Assembly: GCA_049997855.1 (NCBI GenBank)
Contig: JBEKSG010000002.1
Location: 16,996 to 80,995 of the forward strand
Origin: Minisyncoccia bacterium
GTDB taxonomy: Bacteria > Patescibacteriota > Minisyncoccia > Phycocordibacterales > SBAW01
Direction of reading: 5' to 3'
DNA: 64,000 nt
The stretch's first letter is position 1. Every line of letters begins with the position of its first letter. A program made the translations under genes and the position numbers. The notes under the pieces are model-generated. The model searched no databases. It saw only the letters and a program-made list of their open reading frames with translations, and was not told the DNA's origin. Of this stretch, positions 1 through 8,627 are shown piece after piece.

Positions 1-56
1 CTTGATAAAAGTATCGACGCGATAGTCGCGTAGAGAATAAGAATTTTAACAATACT

Positions 57-515
57 ATGTATATCAACAAAGTAATGCTCTACGGAAATCTCACCCGCGA
101 CCCGGAGATGCGTGCCATGCCCTCGGGTGGTAGCGTTGCCTCTTTTGGCCTTGCGACCAATCGCACGTTTAAAAAGGCTGATGGCTCGAGGCAGGAGGCC
201 ACCGAGTTCCATAACATCGTGGTGTTTGGTCGCCAAGCGGAGACCTGCGCACAATATCTTAAAAAAGGGAGCCCGGCATACATCGAGGGTCGTATCCAAA
301 CACGTAGCTGGGACAACAAAGATGGTGCGAAACAGTATAAAACCGAGATTATCGCCGAGCGCGTACAGTTTGGTCCTAAAAGCAGCGGTGGCACGGGCGG
401 TAGCTACGAGAGAGCCGACATCGCGTCAGGAGACGAAGCACCTCAAAAGGCTCCCAAAGAAGACGCTATCGATTATCCCGCGGAGGACAGCAATCCAGAC
501 GACATTCCGTTTTAG
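57..515 (+). CDS. ssb: single-stranded DNA-binding protein
   Basis: NKVMLYGNLTRDPE N-terminus and DDIPF acidic tail; precedes rpsR. Confidence 0.97.
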   Translation: MYINKVMLYGNLTRDPEMRAMPSGGSVASFGLATNRTFKKADGSRQEATEFHNIVVFGRQAETCAQYLKKGSPAYIEGRIQTRSWDNKDGAKQYKTEIIAERVQFGPKSSGGTGGSYERADIASGDEAPQKAPKEDAIDYPAEDSNPDDIPF

Positions 516-560
516 TTTACTAAAACAAATATAAATAGAAACTTGCGTAAGCAAAAATAT

Positions 561-758
561 ATGAGCAAAGAATTTTCACCCGGTTACATACCGCATATCG
601 ATTACAAAGATATCGAGACCATAAAAAAGTTTATCAACCCGCACGGCAAAATCATGCCGCGCCGCCGCACGGGCCTCTCGGCCGCCAACCAGCGCGCGCT
701 CGCGCAAGCGGTTAAAAGAGCGCGCTTCATGGCGCTCGTGCCCTACATCGTCCGTTAA
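561..758 (+). CDS. rpsR: 30S ribosomal protein S18
   Basis: IDYKD...[10 protein letters not shown]...QR.LA.AVKRAR.MAL.PY motifs; ATG at 561 preferred over TTG at 543. Confidence 0.96.
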   Translation: MSKEFSPGYIPHIDYKDIETIKKFINPHGKIMPRRRTGLSAANQRALAQAVKRARFMALVPYIVR

Positions 759-1334
759 TTATTTTTTGTCTACTCGTTCCGCGTATGCGCCGAGCTCGGT
801 GTTAATGCGCACGATGTCGCCCTCGTTTATAAATAACGGCGCGTTAAGCGTGGCGCCCGTCTCGAGCGTTATCAACTTGCTGCCGCCTTGCGCCGTGTTG
901 CCTTTAACCGCGGGCGGCGCTTCGGTCACTTTGAGTTCCACTTTGATGGGCATTTTGAGGCCGATTATTTTTTCGTCAAAAATAAGCGCCTCGACGATAG
1001 TGTTGGGTTTAAGAAAGTTGCCTTGCGGGCCGACTGTTTCATCGGCAAGTTCAAAGCGGTCGGCAGGATTGTGTTCGGCGCAAAACCACCACTCTCCGCG
1101 GTTTTTGTATAAAAACTTTACATTTTTAAGCGAAAGATCGGCCTCCTCCACTTTTTCGGAGACATGAAACGCCTGCTCGGTTACCTTGCCGGTGATAAGA
1201 TGGCGCAGTTTTGTCTGGTTGACCGGCTTGCGCTGCTGCTTTCGAAACACGTGCGCATCCAGCACCTCGTACGGCTCACCGTTGAGAAGAATGATTTTTT
1301 TGTTGAGTATTTCGTTGTATTCAAGCATCGCCAT
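759..1334 (-). CDS. efp: elongation factor P
   Basis: P.VKGNTAQGGSK.ITLETGA...PLFINEGD.VRINT C-terminal signature; start taken at MAMLEY. Confidence 0.93.
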   Translation of the reverse strand: MAMLEYNEILNKKIILLNGEPYEVLDAHVFRKQQRKPVNQTKLRHLITGKVTEQAFHVSEKVEEADLSLKNVKFLYKNRGEWWFCAEHNPADRFELADETVGPQGNFLKPNTIVEALIFDEKIIGLKMPIKVELKVTEAPPAVKGNTAQGGSKLITLETGATLNAPLFINEGDIVRINTELGAYAERVDKK

Positions 1335-1340
1335 AGGTAT

Positions 1341-1448
1341 AGGCAGACAAAATGGAATTGCGGAGGGCAGAAATTTCCTTACTGGAAATTTCCTAGTGCT
1401 CGCGCCGACCGCGCCGCGCACCCTCCTCAATCCCATTTTGTCTTGCCT
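1341..1448. repeat. 108-bp imperfect palindrome in the efp leader
   Basis: Arms AGGCAGACAAAATGGAATTGCGGAGGG / CCCTCCTCAATCCCATTTTGTCTTGCCT with an inner hairpin GAAATTTCC-TTACT-GGAAATTTC. Confidence 0.85.
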
Positions 1449-1546
1449 CAGCATTGTACCTAAAAAGTAGAGCCGCGCAACCTATAGAAACCTGGGTGCA
1501 AGAGTGTTGGTTGTAAAAAGGGCAGTCTATGATGTACAGTGTTGTC

Positions 1547-2137
1547 ATGAAAGAGCTTTTATCCCTTGAGGGTAAAGGGGAGGGAATGAGCGACGAGCAA
1601 TTGCTCGCGGCGTCACTCTCACATCCGAGTTTGTTTGCTTTGCTCGTGCGTAAGTACGAGGAGCCTTTTTTGCGCAAGGCAGCCAGTATTGTGCACGAGC
1701 GCGAGGATGCCGAGGATATCGTGCAAGAAGCGTTCACCAAAATTTATATCAACGCGGGCAAGTTTAAAACCGTCGAGGGAGCAAGCTTCTCCTCGTGGGG
1801 CTATCGCATCCTCATCAACACGGCGCTCACGCACTACGCCAAGCGCAAGCGCGAGGGCGGCAGGGTAGTAGAGCTCGAACCAGAGACATGGGCGCTCATA
1901 CCCGACAAAAATCTGCGCCAGTTCGAAAAAAAGGAGTTTATCGACGAGGTCGCTTCGGTGCTCTCGCGTATGCCGGCACCGTTTGCCAAAGTGCTCGCCT
2001 CGTTTTTTATCGAAGGCAAAACGCAGGAGGAAATAGCCAAGGAGGAGGGCGTATCGGTGGGCGCGATAAAAACTCGCGTGCATCGTGCCAAGGCCGAGTT
2101 TAAAAAAGTGTACGAGGCGGTAACTACTTCGCTATGA
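1547..2137 (+). CDS. ECF-type sigma-70 factor
   Basis: DAEDIVQEAF region 2, FSSWGYRI, and EEIA...VSVGAIKTRVHRA region 4. Confidence 0.93.
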   Translation: MKELLSLEGKGEGMSDEQLLAASLSHPSLFALLVRKYEEPFLRKAASIVHEREDAEDIVQEAFTKIYINAGKFKTVEGASFSSWGYRILINTALTHYAKRKREGGRVVELEPETWALIPDKNLRQFEKKEFIDEVASVLSRMPAPFAKVLASFFIEGKTQEEIAKEEGVSVGAIKTRVHRAKAEFKKVYEAVTTSL

Positions 2138-2481
2138 ACAATCCAAAAACTATAAGCCCCATAGAGCGCCAGGTGATGGCAAATGTCGGCGCAATATACT
2201 TTGCGCGCGCGCTTACCGGCACAACCGCGCTCAAAGTCTACGCGTTTATACTCTCGATGTGGGTGGTTGGGCGCCTGGTGTGGGTCTCCAAAGTATTTGC
2301 CAATTTTATAACGGTAGAGAAGGGAGGTCTCGCCGCTATGTCCAACTTTGTCCTCGCGGCGCTCGAACACACCCACCTGGGCGTGCAACTGGCGCTCCTT
2401 GTAGCAGCCGTAGCCTTGGTGTCACTTGCAATAGATACAGTCCGCAAACTATCCGAGCCAACCCACGCTTACTCGTTTTAG
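2134..2481 (+). CDS. small membrane protein, candidate anti-sigma factor
   Basis: 4-bp overlap with the sigma gene; 2-3 hydrophobic segments. Confidence 0.7.
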   Translation: MNNPKTISPIERQVMANVGAIYFARALTGTTALKVYAFILSMWVVGRLVWVSKVFANFITVEKGGLAAMSNFVLAALEHTHLGVQLALLVAAVALVSLAIDTVRKLSEPTHAYSF

Positions 2482-2660
2482 TTTTTACCTTTTTCTAAAA
2501 GCCTAAAATACGCTTATTTTAATAGTTATTTTGTATTCTAGATAATAGAACTTGACAATTTATTTTAATATGCTAGCATAGTGCGCGGATGCAACGGATG
2601 GATGAGGTTTTCATATGTTAGGGCTCGCATGAGCGAACCCCTTTGCTCTCGGAGCATCAA

Positions 2661-2963
2661 ATGAAAATCATACGCAACGGCGCCCTGGATAACCAGAATA
2701 ATTGGCGCAACCTCATCCGCATTAATTCGAACGAACAAATATTTCCGGACGAACTTATTGCAATTGCAATAGCCGTTGACGCTTACTATATTGATAAAAT
2801 TACCTACTCGCGTTTCATCAATATTCGCAACGAACCGCAAGAACGCGAGGAGAAATTTGAAACAAAATATTATTGCATCGAAATCGCTGGCGATAACAAG
2901 CATGCCTACTATACCCGCGAACAACTGTGGGAGGCTCTCGCCACTAGCAACGACGCAATATAG
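2661..2963 (+). CDS. hypothetical protein
   Basis: AT-rich ORF of about 100 aa behind a TTGACA-containing region; no recognised motif. Confidence 0.5.
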   Translation: MKIIRNGALDNQNNWRNLIRINSNEQIFPDELIAIAIAVDAYYIDKITYSRFINIRNEPQEREEKFETKYYCIEIAGDNKHAYYTREQLWEALATSNDAI

Positions 2964-3058
2964 AACTCGACCCCGGGGTGCGAACCTCGGGGTTACTTTT
3001 TTACTCCTCGGAGCTTTCTTCGTTTTTGCTCTGTGCCGCGCAATAGGGTATAGCAGAC

Positions 3059-3328
3059 TTATTTATATACGCGGTCGCGGTTGTCTATGATTTCAACCAA
3101 TACCCGATGTTCAGGAAAGTTGAGTGAAAATATCATCCTCAGTTTGCCGACGCGCACACGAAAATGGCCTGCCCATATGCCGGTAAGTCTGCGCAAGTCT
3201 ACCGCCACTGGTTCTCCTTCAAATCTACACAGTGCTTTTTGTATTGCTTCAACAACAGTCTCATCTGCTAGGTGATGCTGTTTTAAAAACTTTTCGGCTT
3301 GTCGTGACAGAGATATACTCCAGTCCAT
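3059..3328 (-). CDS. RelE/ParE-family toxin
   Basis: 89 aa; LTG...FRVRVGKLRMIF...IDNRDRVYK pattern. Confidence 0.88.
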   Translation of the reverse strand: MDWSISLSRQAEKFLKQHHLADETVVEAIQKALCRFEGEPVAVDLRRLTGIWAGHFRVRVGKLRMIFSLNFPEHRVLVEIIDNRDRVYK

Positions 3329-3331
3329 GCA

Positions 3332-3523
3332 TTAGATTTTGGTGCGGAGAGTGCGCACGCCTTGGCGCGAGGGTTTTTTGTAAAGCCGTACTATTTCTTG
3401 CTGTTCTTTTTGAGAGGCAACAGGGATATCAAGTATGCTCATGAGATCAAACTCATTTTGGAGGGCCTCGCGCACGCTCTCACGTGCCAGTTTTTGTATC
3501 TCTTTTTTAAGCCCGGTAGTCAT
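3332..3523 (-). CDS. putative antitoxin
   Basis: 63-aa ORF 3 bp upstream of the RelE-like gene; TGaTATACT just before the ATG. Confidence 0.7.
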   Translation of the reverse strand: MTTGLKKEIQKLARESVREALQNEFDLMSILDIPVASQKEQQEIVRLYKKPSRQGVRTLRTKI

Positions 3524-3549
3524 ATATGCAGTATATCACAAACGCCTTT

Positions 3550-4662
3550 TTACTCCTCGGAAGCTTCTTCGCTTTTGGCGCTCGAGACGCCGGTGGTGCT
3601 GTGTTCGAGCTCTTTACTGATTGCTTTTAAGATTTCGTTAGCCACTTTTTTGTTTTCGCGCAAATACGTGCGCGATGCGTCGTAGCCGCGGCCAAGCGCT
3701 ACCTTTTCACCGTCTTTTTGTGTAAAGGAGTACGATGCGCCGCTTTTTTGCACGACACCGAGGCTCTCGCCGAGCGCCAAAAGCTCGCCCTCGCGCGAGA
3801 TGCCCTCGTTGTAGAGCAAATCAAACTCGGTTTTGCGGAAGGGAGCCGCAACCTTATTTTTGACCACCTTGACGCGATGGCGGCCGCCTACCGCCTCTTC
3901 GCCTTTTTTAATTTGTGCGATGCGGCGTATGTCGAGGCGTACGCTGGTGTAAAACTTGAGCGCCTTGCCGCCGGTAGTGGTCTCCGGGTTGCCGAACATC
4001 ACGCCGATTTGCATGCGTATCTGATTGATAAAAATCACGAGTGTTTTACTCTTGGCGGTAATGGCGGTGAGCTTGCGCAAGGCTTGGCTCATGAGGCGCG
4101 CTTGTTTGCCCACCTGCGCTTGGCCCATGTCGCCCTCTATTTCGTCTTTTGGCGTGAGTGCGGCAACCGAGTCAATAACGACAATGTCGATTTTACCGCT
4201 GCGTACGAGTCCTTCGACAATCTCGAGCGCCTGCTCGCCGGTGTCGGGTTGCGAAACAAGGAGCTCATCGAGCTTAACGCCTATTTTTTTTGCATACTCC
4301 GGGTCAAGTGCGTGCTCGGCGTCGATAAACGCACAGATGCCGCCTTTTTTTTGCGCCTCGGCGATGGCGTGCAGGGTGAGCGTCGTTTTGCCGGAACTCT
4401 CGGGGCCAAATATCTCGATGATGCGGCCGCGCGGATAACCGCCGATGCCGAGCGCCCAGTCGAGGCCTATCGAGCCGGAAGGGATTGCGTCGACATCAAC
4501 CTTGGGAGTGTCGCCGAGCGTCATGATGGCCTCGTCGCCGAATTTCTGTTTAATATCGCGTATCGCCGCATCAATGGCGCTGCTGTCGCGCACGCCGTCC
4601 TTGGCGTCTTTTGTACCTGTCGTTTTTGCCGCCTTCTCCTTCTTTGGTTTGCCAAATGCCAT
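3550..4662 (-). CDS. recA: recombinase RecA
   Basis: [44 protein letters not shown]. Confidence 0.99.
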   Translation of the reverse strand: MAFGKPKKEKAAKTTGTKDAKDGVRDSSAIDAAIRDIKQKFGDEAIMTLGDTPKVDVDAIPSGSIGLDWALGIGGYPRGRIIEIFGPESSGKTTLTLHAIAEAQKKGGICAFIDAEHALDPEYAKKIGVKLDELLVSQPDTGEQALEIVEGLVRSGKIDIVVIDSVAALTPKDEIEGDMGQAQVGKQARLMSQALRKLTAITAKSKTLVIFINQIRMQIGVMFGNPETTTGGKALKFYTSVRLDIRRIAQIKKGEEAVGGRHRVKVVKNKVAAPFRKTEFDLLYNEGISREGELLALGESLGVVQKSGASYSFTQKDGEKVALGRGYDASRTYLRENKKVANEILKAISKELEHSTTGVSSAKSEEASEE

Positions 4663-4672
4663 GTAAAAATAA

Positions 4673-5035
4673 TTATGCGTTGGTAATCGGACAATAATCG
4701 AGCACGCTTATGGAAACAGACTCTGCCGCGCGCCTCCCAAATCGGTCGACTGCTTGGACGGTCAGTACTGTAAACCCCGGCGGGATAGAAAGCAACTCGC
4801 TAAAATGTCCGCTCTTGTCGGTGTAGGAAGGGAGGTCGTTGATAGTCAAAAACGAGATGTTTTCGGCAGTACCGGCAATAATCACTCCTGTGCTCGAGGT
4901 GGCGCTGCCGTCAACGGGATACTCGATAGTAATAATCGGTCCTTCGATAAGCCGCCGCGCTTCAAAGAGGCCATATCCGCCGACAACCAGCACCGTAAGG
5001 GCTACTACAAGGGCGGTGAACGGGAGCCGCTTCAT
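4673..5035 (-). CDS. membrane-anchored Ig-like beta-sandwich protein
   Basis: N-terminal TM, then P.ITI..P.DG and G...[11 protein letters not shown] pattern; lies between ftsK and recA. Confidence 0.75.
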   Translation of the reverse strand: MKRLPFTALVVALTVLVVGGYGLFEARRLIEGPIITIEYPVDGSATSSTGVIIAGTAENISFLTINDLPSYTDKSGHFSELLSIPPGFTVLTVQAVDRFGRRAAESVSISVLDYCPITNA

Positions 5036-7263
5036 AACTCTTCGGAAGAATAGTCATCTTCCATGGTGTCGCCTGTGTGTGCGCCCTTCTCGAGCACTTC
5101 GCGCGGTTTTGATCCGTCCGGGGGGCCGATAACGCCGCGTTCTTCGAGCACATCCATGAGCCGCGCCGCGCGCGAGTATCCGACGCGCAGTTTTCGTTGG
5201 ATATACGAAGTAGACGCTTTGCCTGCATCTATCACGGCTTGTCGCGCGCTTTCGTACATGTCATCGTCTATCTCGTCGTCTTCGCTGCCAAAGTTCATGC
5301 CGGAGGAGCTGTTAAATGCGTTGTTACTGCCGGGCGCCGGACCGCCGATATCGACGGGGAACTCAGCCTCGTTGTTTTTGGCGATAAACGAAGTCACTTT
5401 TTTTACCTCCGTCTCGCTTATGTAGGCGCTTTGCAAGCGGATAGGTTTGCTCATATCACCGGAGAGATATAGCATGTCACCCGCCCCGAGCAGTTTTTCG
5501 GCGCCACCTTGGTCAAGAATGGTACGCGAGTCTATTTGGCTTGCCACTTGCAAAGCTACGCGCGCGGGTATGTTGGCTTTGATGAGACCGGTAATCACAT
5601 TCACGCTTGGACGCTGGGTCGAGAGTATCAAATGTATGCCCACGGCGCGGCTCATTTGCGCCAAGCGCACGACGCAAGCCTCAAGCTCACGAGGAAAAGC
5701 CTGCATAATATCGGCGAGTTCGTCGATGATAATGATGATGTACGGCATGGCTTCGGGTACTCGCGCTCCCTCCTCGAGACCGTTTTTACGAATATGTTCC
5801 AATTGCGGCGTCAAAATATTTTGATGATACGAGTCGACGTCGCGCACGCGGTTACTCTCAAGCACGTTGTAGCGGCGCTCCATCTCTTTGGCAGCCCAAC
5901 GCAGCGCCATAATGGTGCGCTTGGCATCGGTAATCACCGGCGTCAGGAGATGCGGCAGCTGATTGTACATCGTAAGCTCCACGCGTTTGGGGTCGATCAT
6001 CAAAAAGCGCATCTGTTGCGGCCCGCATCGGTAGAGGAGCGAGGTAATAAAGGTATGGATAGTCACCGACTTGCCCGAGCCGGTTGCTCCTGCAATGAGT
6101 ATGTGCGGCATCTTTGCCAAGTTGCCAAAGTGCGAGCCGCCGGCAATGTCGCGGCCGAGCGCCACCAAAAGAGGCTTACTACTTTCAGCAAACTCGGGGC
6201 TCTCGAGCAGCGTGCCGAGGCCGACTGTCACTTTGGTTGAGTTTGGCACCTCGATGCCCACCAACGATTTGCCCGGTATCGGCGCCTCAATGCGCACCGG
6301 ATGCGCCGCGAGCGCCAGCTCGAGGTTGGTTTGCAAGCCGACTATTTTTTGCAAGCGCACGCCCTCGGCGGGTTTGATAGCGTAGCGCGTCACCGACGGA
6401 CCGATTGATATTTCGTCGAGCTCAACCACAATGCCAAAGTTGGCGAGCGTGCGCTTGATGATGTTGGCGTTAGCCTTGATGTCGCCGACACCCGGGCGGC
6501 CTCTATCATGTTCAAGTAAAAAGAGCGGCGGAGGAGTGTATTGTCCGAGCAAGCTCTTGAGCGTGTCGGCCGCGCGTTTTGCCTGCAAGGCGGCCGAGTG
6601 GTCGGGTTGCATTTTTTGCGGAGCCGCTATAGGCGTCTCATATTCTTGTTGATTATTTTCATATTCCTCGTCCTCGGATTCTTCTTCCTCTTCGTCGGTG
6701 ATGCCGCTAAGCGCAGGCTCGGCGGTTTCTTTTTTGGCGGTCATGCGCGCAACAAGCGCTTGTATGCCGCGACCGAGCGCTGCAAATGGCTCGAGCGATA
6801 TGTTGCCCTCCAGTAATATCAGGAGAGAGATAAGCGAGACGCCTCCCAATATAATAAGCGCCGCATAAATGTCAAAGTAGCGTATCGCGGGAGCGGCAAT
6901 GAGATTGCCCACCAAACCGCCCTGACCCGAAGCAATGGCGACAAAGCCGAGCCCGGTAAAGATAAAGACGGCAGAGGCGATTATTTTAACGGGAGTAAAT
7001 CCCGTGGTATCCTCGCGCATGGCGTTGCCAGCCAGCATGAAAAAAAGAAGCGGCACCAAAAAGTAGCCGACGCCAAGGAGCGAAGCAAAAAGCGTTTTAA
7101 TGTCTGCTCCGGCAGGTCCTGCAACGCCGAGCCCTGCGAGCGTCAAAAGCAGGGCAACCACCATAAGCAGTACTACTGCAACCGCCTGCTTTGTTTTTTG
7201 CGGTATATGTGCCGCACCGCGTTGCCACTTTGAACCGTTTTTTTTGCCATTTTTCCCCGCCAT
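5032..7263 (-). CDS. ftsK: DNA translocase FtsK/SpoIIIE
   Basis: N-terminal TMs, HILIAGATGSGKS, IIDELAD, LSTQRPS, and gamma domain IQRKLRVGYSRAARLMD. Confidence 0.98.
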   Translation of the reverse strand: MAGKNGKKNGSKWQRGAAHIPQKTKQAVAVVLLMVVALLLTLAGLGVAGPAGADIKTLFASLLGVGYFLVPLLFFMLAGNAMREDTTGFTPVKIIASAVFIFTGLGFVAIASGQGGLVGNLIAAPAIRYFDIYAALIILGGVSLISLLILLEGNISLEPFAALGRGIQALVARMTAKKETAEPALSGITDEEEEESEDEEYENNQQEYETPIAAPQKMQPDHSAALQAKRAADTLKSLLGQYTPPPLFLLEHDRGRPGVGDIKANANIIKRTLANFGIVVELDEISIGPSVTRYAIKPAEGVRLQKIVGLQTNLELALAAHPVRIEAPIPGKSLVGIEVPNSTKVTVGLGTLLESPEFAESSKPLLVALGRDIAGGSHFGNLAKMPHILIAGATGSGKSVTIHTFITSLLYRCGPQQMRFLMIDPKRVELTMYNQLPHLLTPVITDAKRTIMALRWAAKEMERRYNVLESNRVRDVDSYHQNILTPQLEHIRKNGLEEGARVPEAMPYIIIIIDELADIMQAFPRELEACVVRLAQMSRAVGIHLILSTQRPSVNVITGLIKANIPARVALQVASQIDSRTILDQGGAEKLLGAGDMLYLSGDMSKPIRLQSAYISETEVKKVTSFIAKNNEAEFPVDIGGPAPGSNNAFNSSSGMNFGSEDDEIDDDMYESARQAVIDAGKASTSYIQRKLRVGYSRAARLMDVLEERGVIGPPDGSKPREVLEKGAHTGDTMEDDYSSEEL

Positions 7264-7348
7264 ATATGTGCACATCATACCACCTCGCAGCCACAAGTAG
7301 CACAAAAGTATTTTTGCCTTGCATCAAGGTAGGGAAGGGTCTACTCTA

Positions 7349-7491
7349 TAAGACAGGCGTGTCTCTTTAATGTCCTACAAAATAAGAGACATGTAAAGGA
7401 CATATAAAAGACAGGAATCTCGCCCAATCATGCCGGAAAAGGACAAAAAATTTCACGAATTTGCTTTAAAATCAATCCTATTTAAAGGACA
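7349..7491. repeat. phased ARGACA/TGTCY repeat array
   Basis: GACA ends at 7355, 7391, 7402, 7413, 7445, 7491; inverted TGTC starts at 7360 and 7371. Confidence 0.75.
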
Positions 7492-8173
7492 GCGCGATTT
7501 ATATTTTTGTTATATCAAGTCCGAAAAGATAGCGCATGTCCTCTCGCTTTTGGCACAACGCTCAACGGCTGAAAGCGCCGCGCGTTTAGAGGGTTTAGTG
7601 GCGAGCGCTTCTCGCTTGCCCGAGACTATCGCGCATTTTGCGGCGGGGGAGATCGAGCCTGCGGTCGTGCTTGCCGACCTCTTCAGCCTCCTTTCGGCGG
7701 TGCGGCTCGGTAACACGCAAGGTATCATTCATGATGAAAACGCGGCACTTATTGTCGGTGAGTATGAGGCGCTTGCCGAGCGTCTTACCGGCGGCGCACG
7801 CCTCTCCCCTTTTGTTACGTCCGAAGATTTTTTACTCCCGCCGCTTGCCGAAGAAGAGCCATCCACTCCCCCGCAACTTTCGAAAGGCAGCTTAAGGGCA
7901 GACCTGTATATAAAAGACACTAAAGGACATATTAAAGACACGTCCTTACAAACTAAAGGACAAAATAAAGGACACTCTGCAGGAGAGAGCAAACGGGCTC
8001 CCCTTATATTAGGTTTTGTCCGTAAGCACACCGGCTCCTCTATAAAGGATATAAGCCGGGCAGTCAAGGGCTGTAGCGAAAAGACCATCCAAAGAGAGCT
8101 TGCCCTGCTTATCGAACGGGGCCTTATAGAGAAGCGCGGAGAGCGCCGTTGGAGCGTCTATTACCCCCGCTAG
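7430..8173 (+). CDS. protein with C-terminal winged HTH (DeoR-like)
   Basis: SIKDIS...CSEKTIQRELALLIERGLIEKRGERRWSVY. Confidence 0.85.
   Translation: MPEKDKKFHEFALKSILFKGQRDLYFCYIKSEKIAHVLSLLAQRSTAESAARLEGLVASASRLPETIAHFAAGEIEPAVVLADLFSLLSAVRLGNTQGIIHDENAALIVGEYEALAERLTGGARLSPFVTSEDFLLPPLAEEEPSTPPQLSKGSLRADLYIKDTKGHIKDTSLQTKGQNKGHSAGESKRAPLILGFVRKHTGSSIKDISRAVKGCSEKTIQRELALLIERGLIEKRGERRWSVYYPR
7911..7974 (+). repeat. intragenic TAAARGACA repeat array
   Basis: Five copies, GACA at 7916, 7926, 7937, 7959, 7971, plus one inverted copy near 7941. Confidence 0.8.
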
Positions 8174-8283
8174 TACGTATATATATAGAAGCCTTTTTAG
8201 GCTGTTTACCCTGCAAAAATATTGATTGACCCTCTACAGCCGCTGGTGTATGCTTGCCAAGGCACCTTATCCACAAGGCTTTT

Positions 8284-8353
8284 TTGCACCCTGTACAAGG
8301 ATGTGCCTATAATTGGGTGTAGGCCGCAAAAGCAGGGCTCGTTCGTTGACAAC
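8284..8353 (+). promoter_or_regulatory. promoter and boxA-like element of the S-layer-like gene
   Basis: TTGCAC-18-TATAAT (8284-8313); GTTCGTTGACAAC at 8341. Confidence 0.65.
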
Positions 8354-8627
8354 TACATAACCAAGCAAACAGTTTCTTTCCGAATGACCTTGTCCCGACA
8401 CGGCTGCATATTTCTGAAACTCCCCTTCCACTCTGCCTACCAATGGTTCCTTGCCGCACGATTATGTTCTTTGTTCTTCCCGTTCCCTCCCCTTTAATAG
8501 GAGCGGATGAGCGAGGGGATCAAGACCGTAATCGAGCGTGTAAGGTGCTGGTAGATTTTGTTCGTTCGGTTCCGGTCTCTTTTATTCGTAGATTACAAGT
8601 AATTATTAATTGTTCGTGCACATAAAC

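Noticed and set aside
1335-1454. N-terminal extension of EF-P (similar extensions at 40335, 48043, 48918, 12401)
   Set aside because: Longest-ORF artefacts that overlap hairpins, tRNAs or neighbouring genes. Family-like sequence begins at the downstream ATG.
7349-7974. CRISPR array
   Set aside because: Units are 7-9 bp with no spacers, and no cas genes occur in the window.
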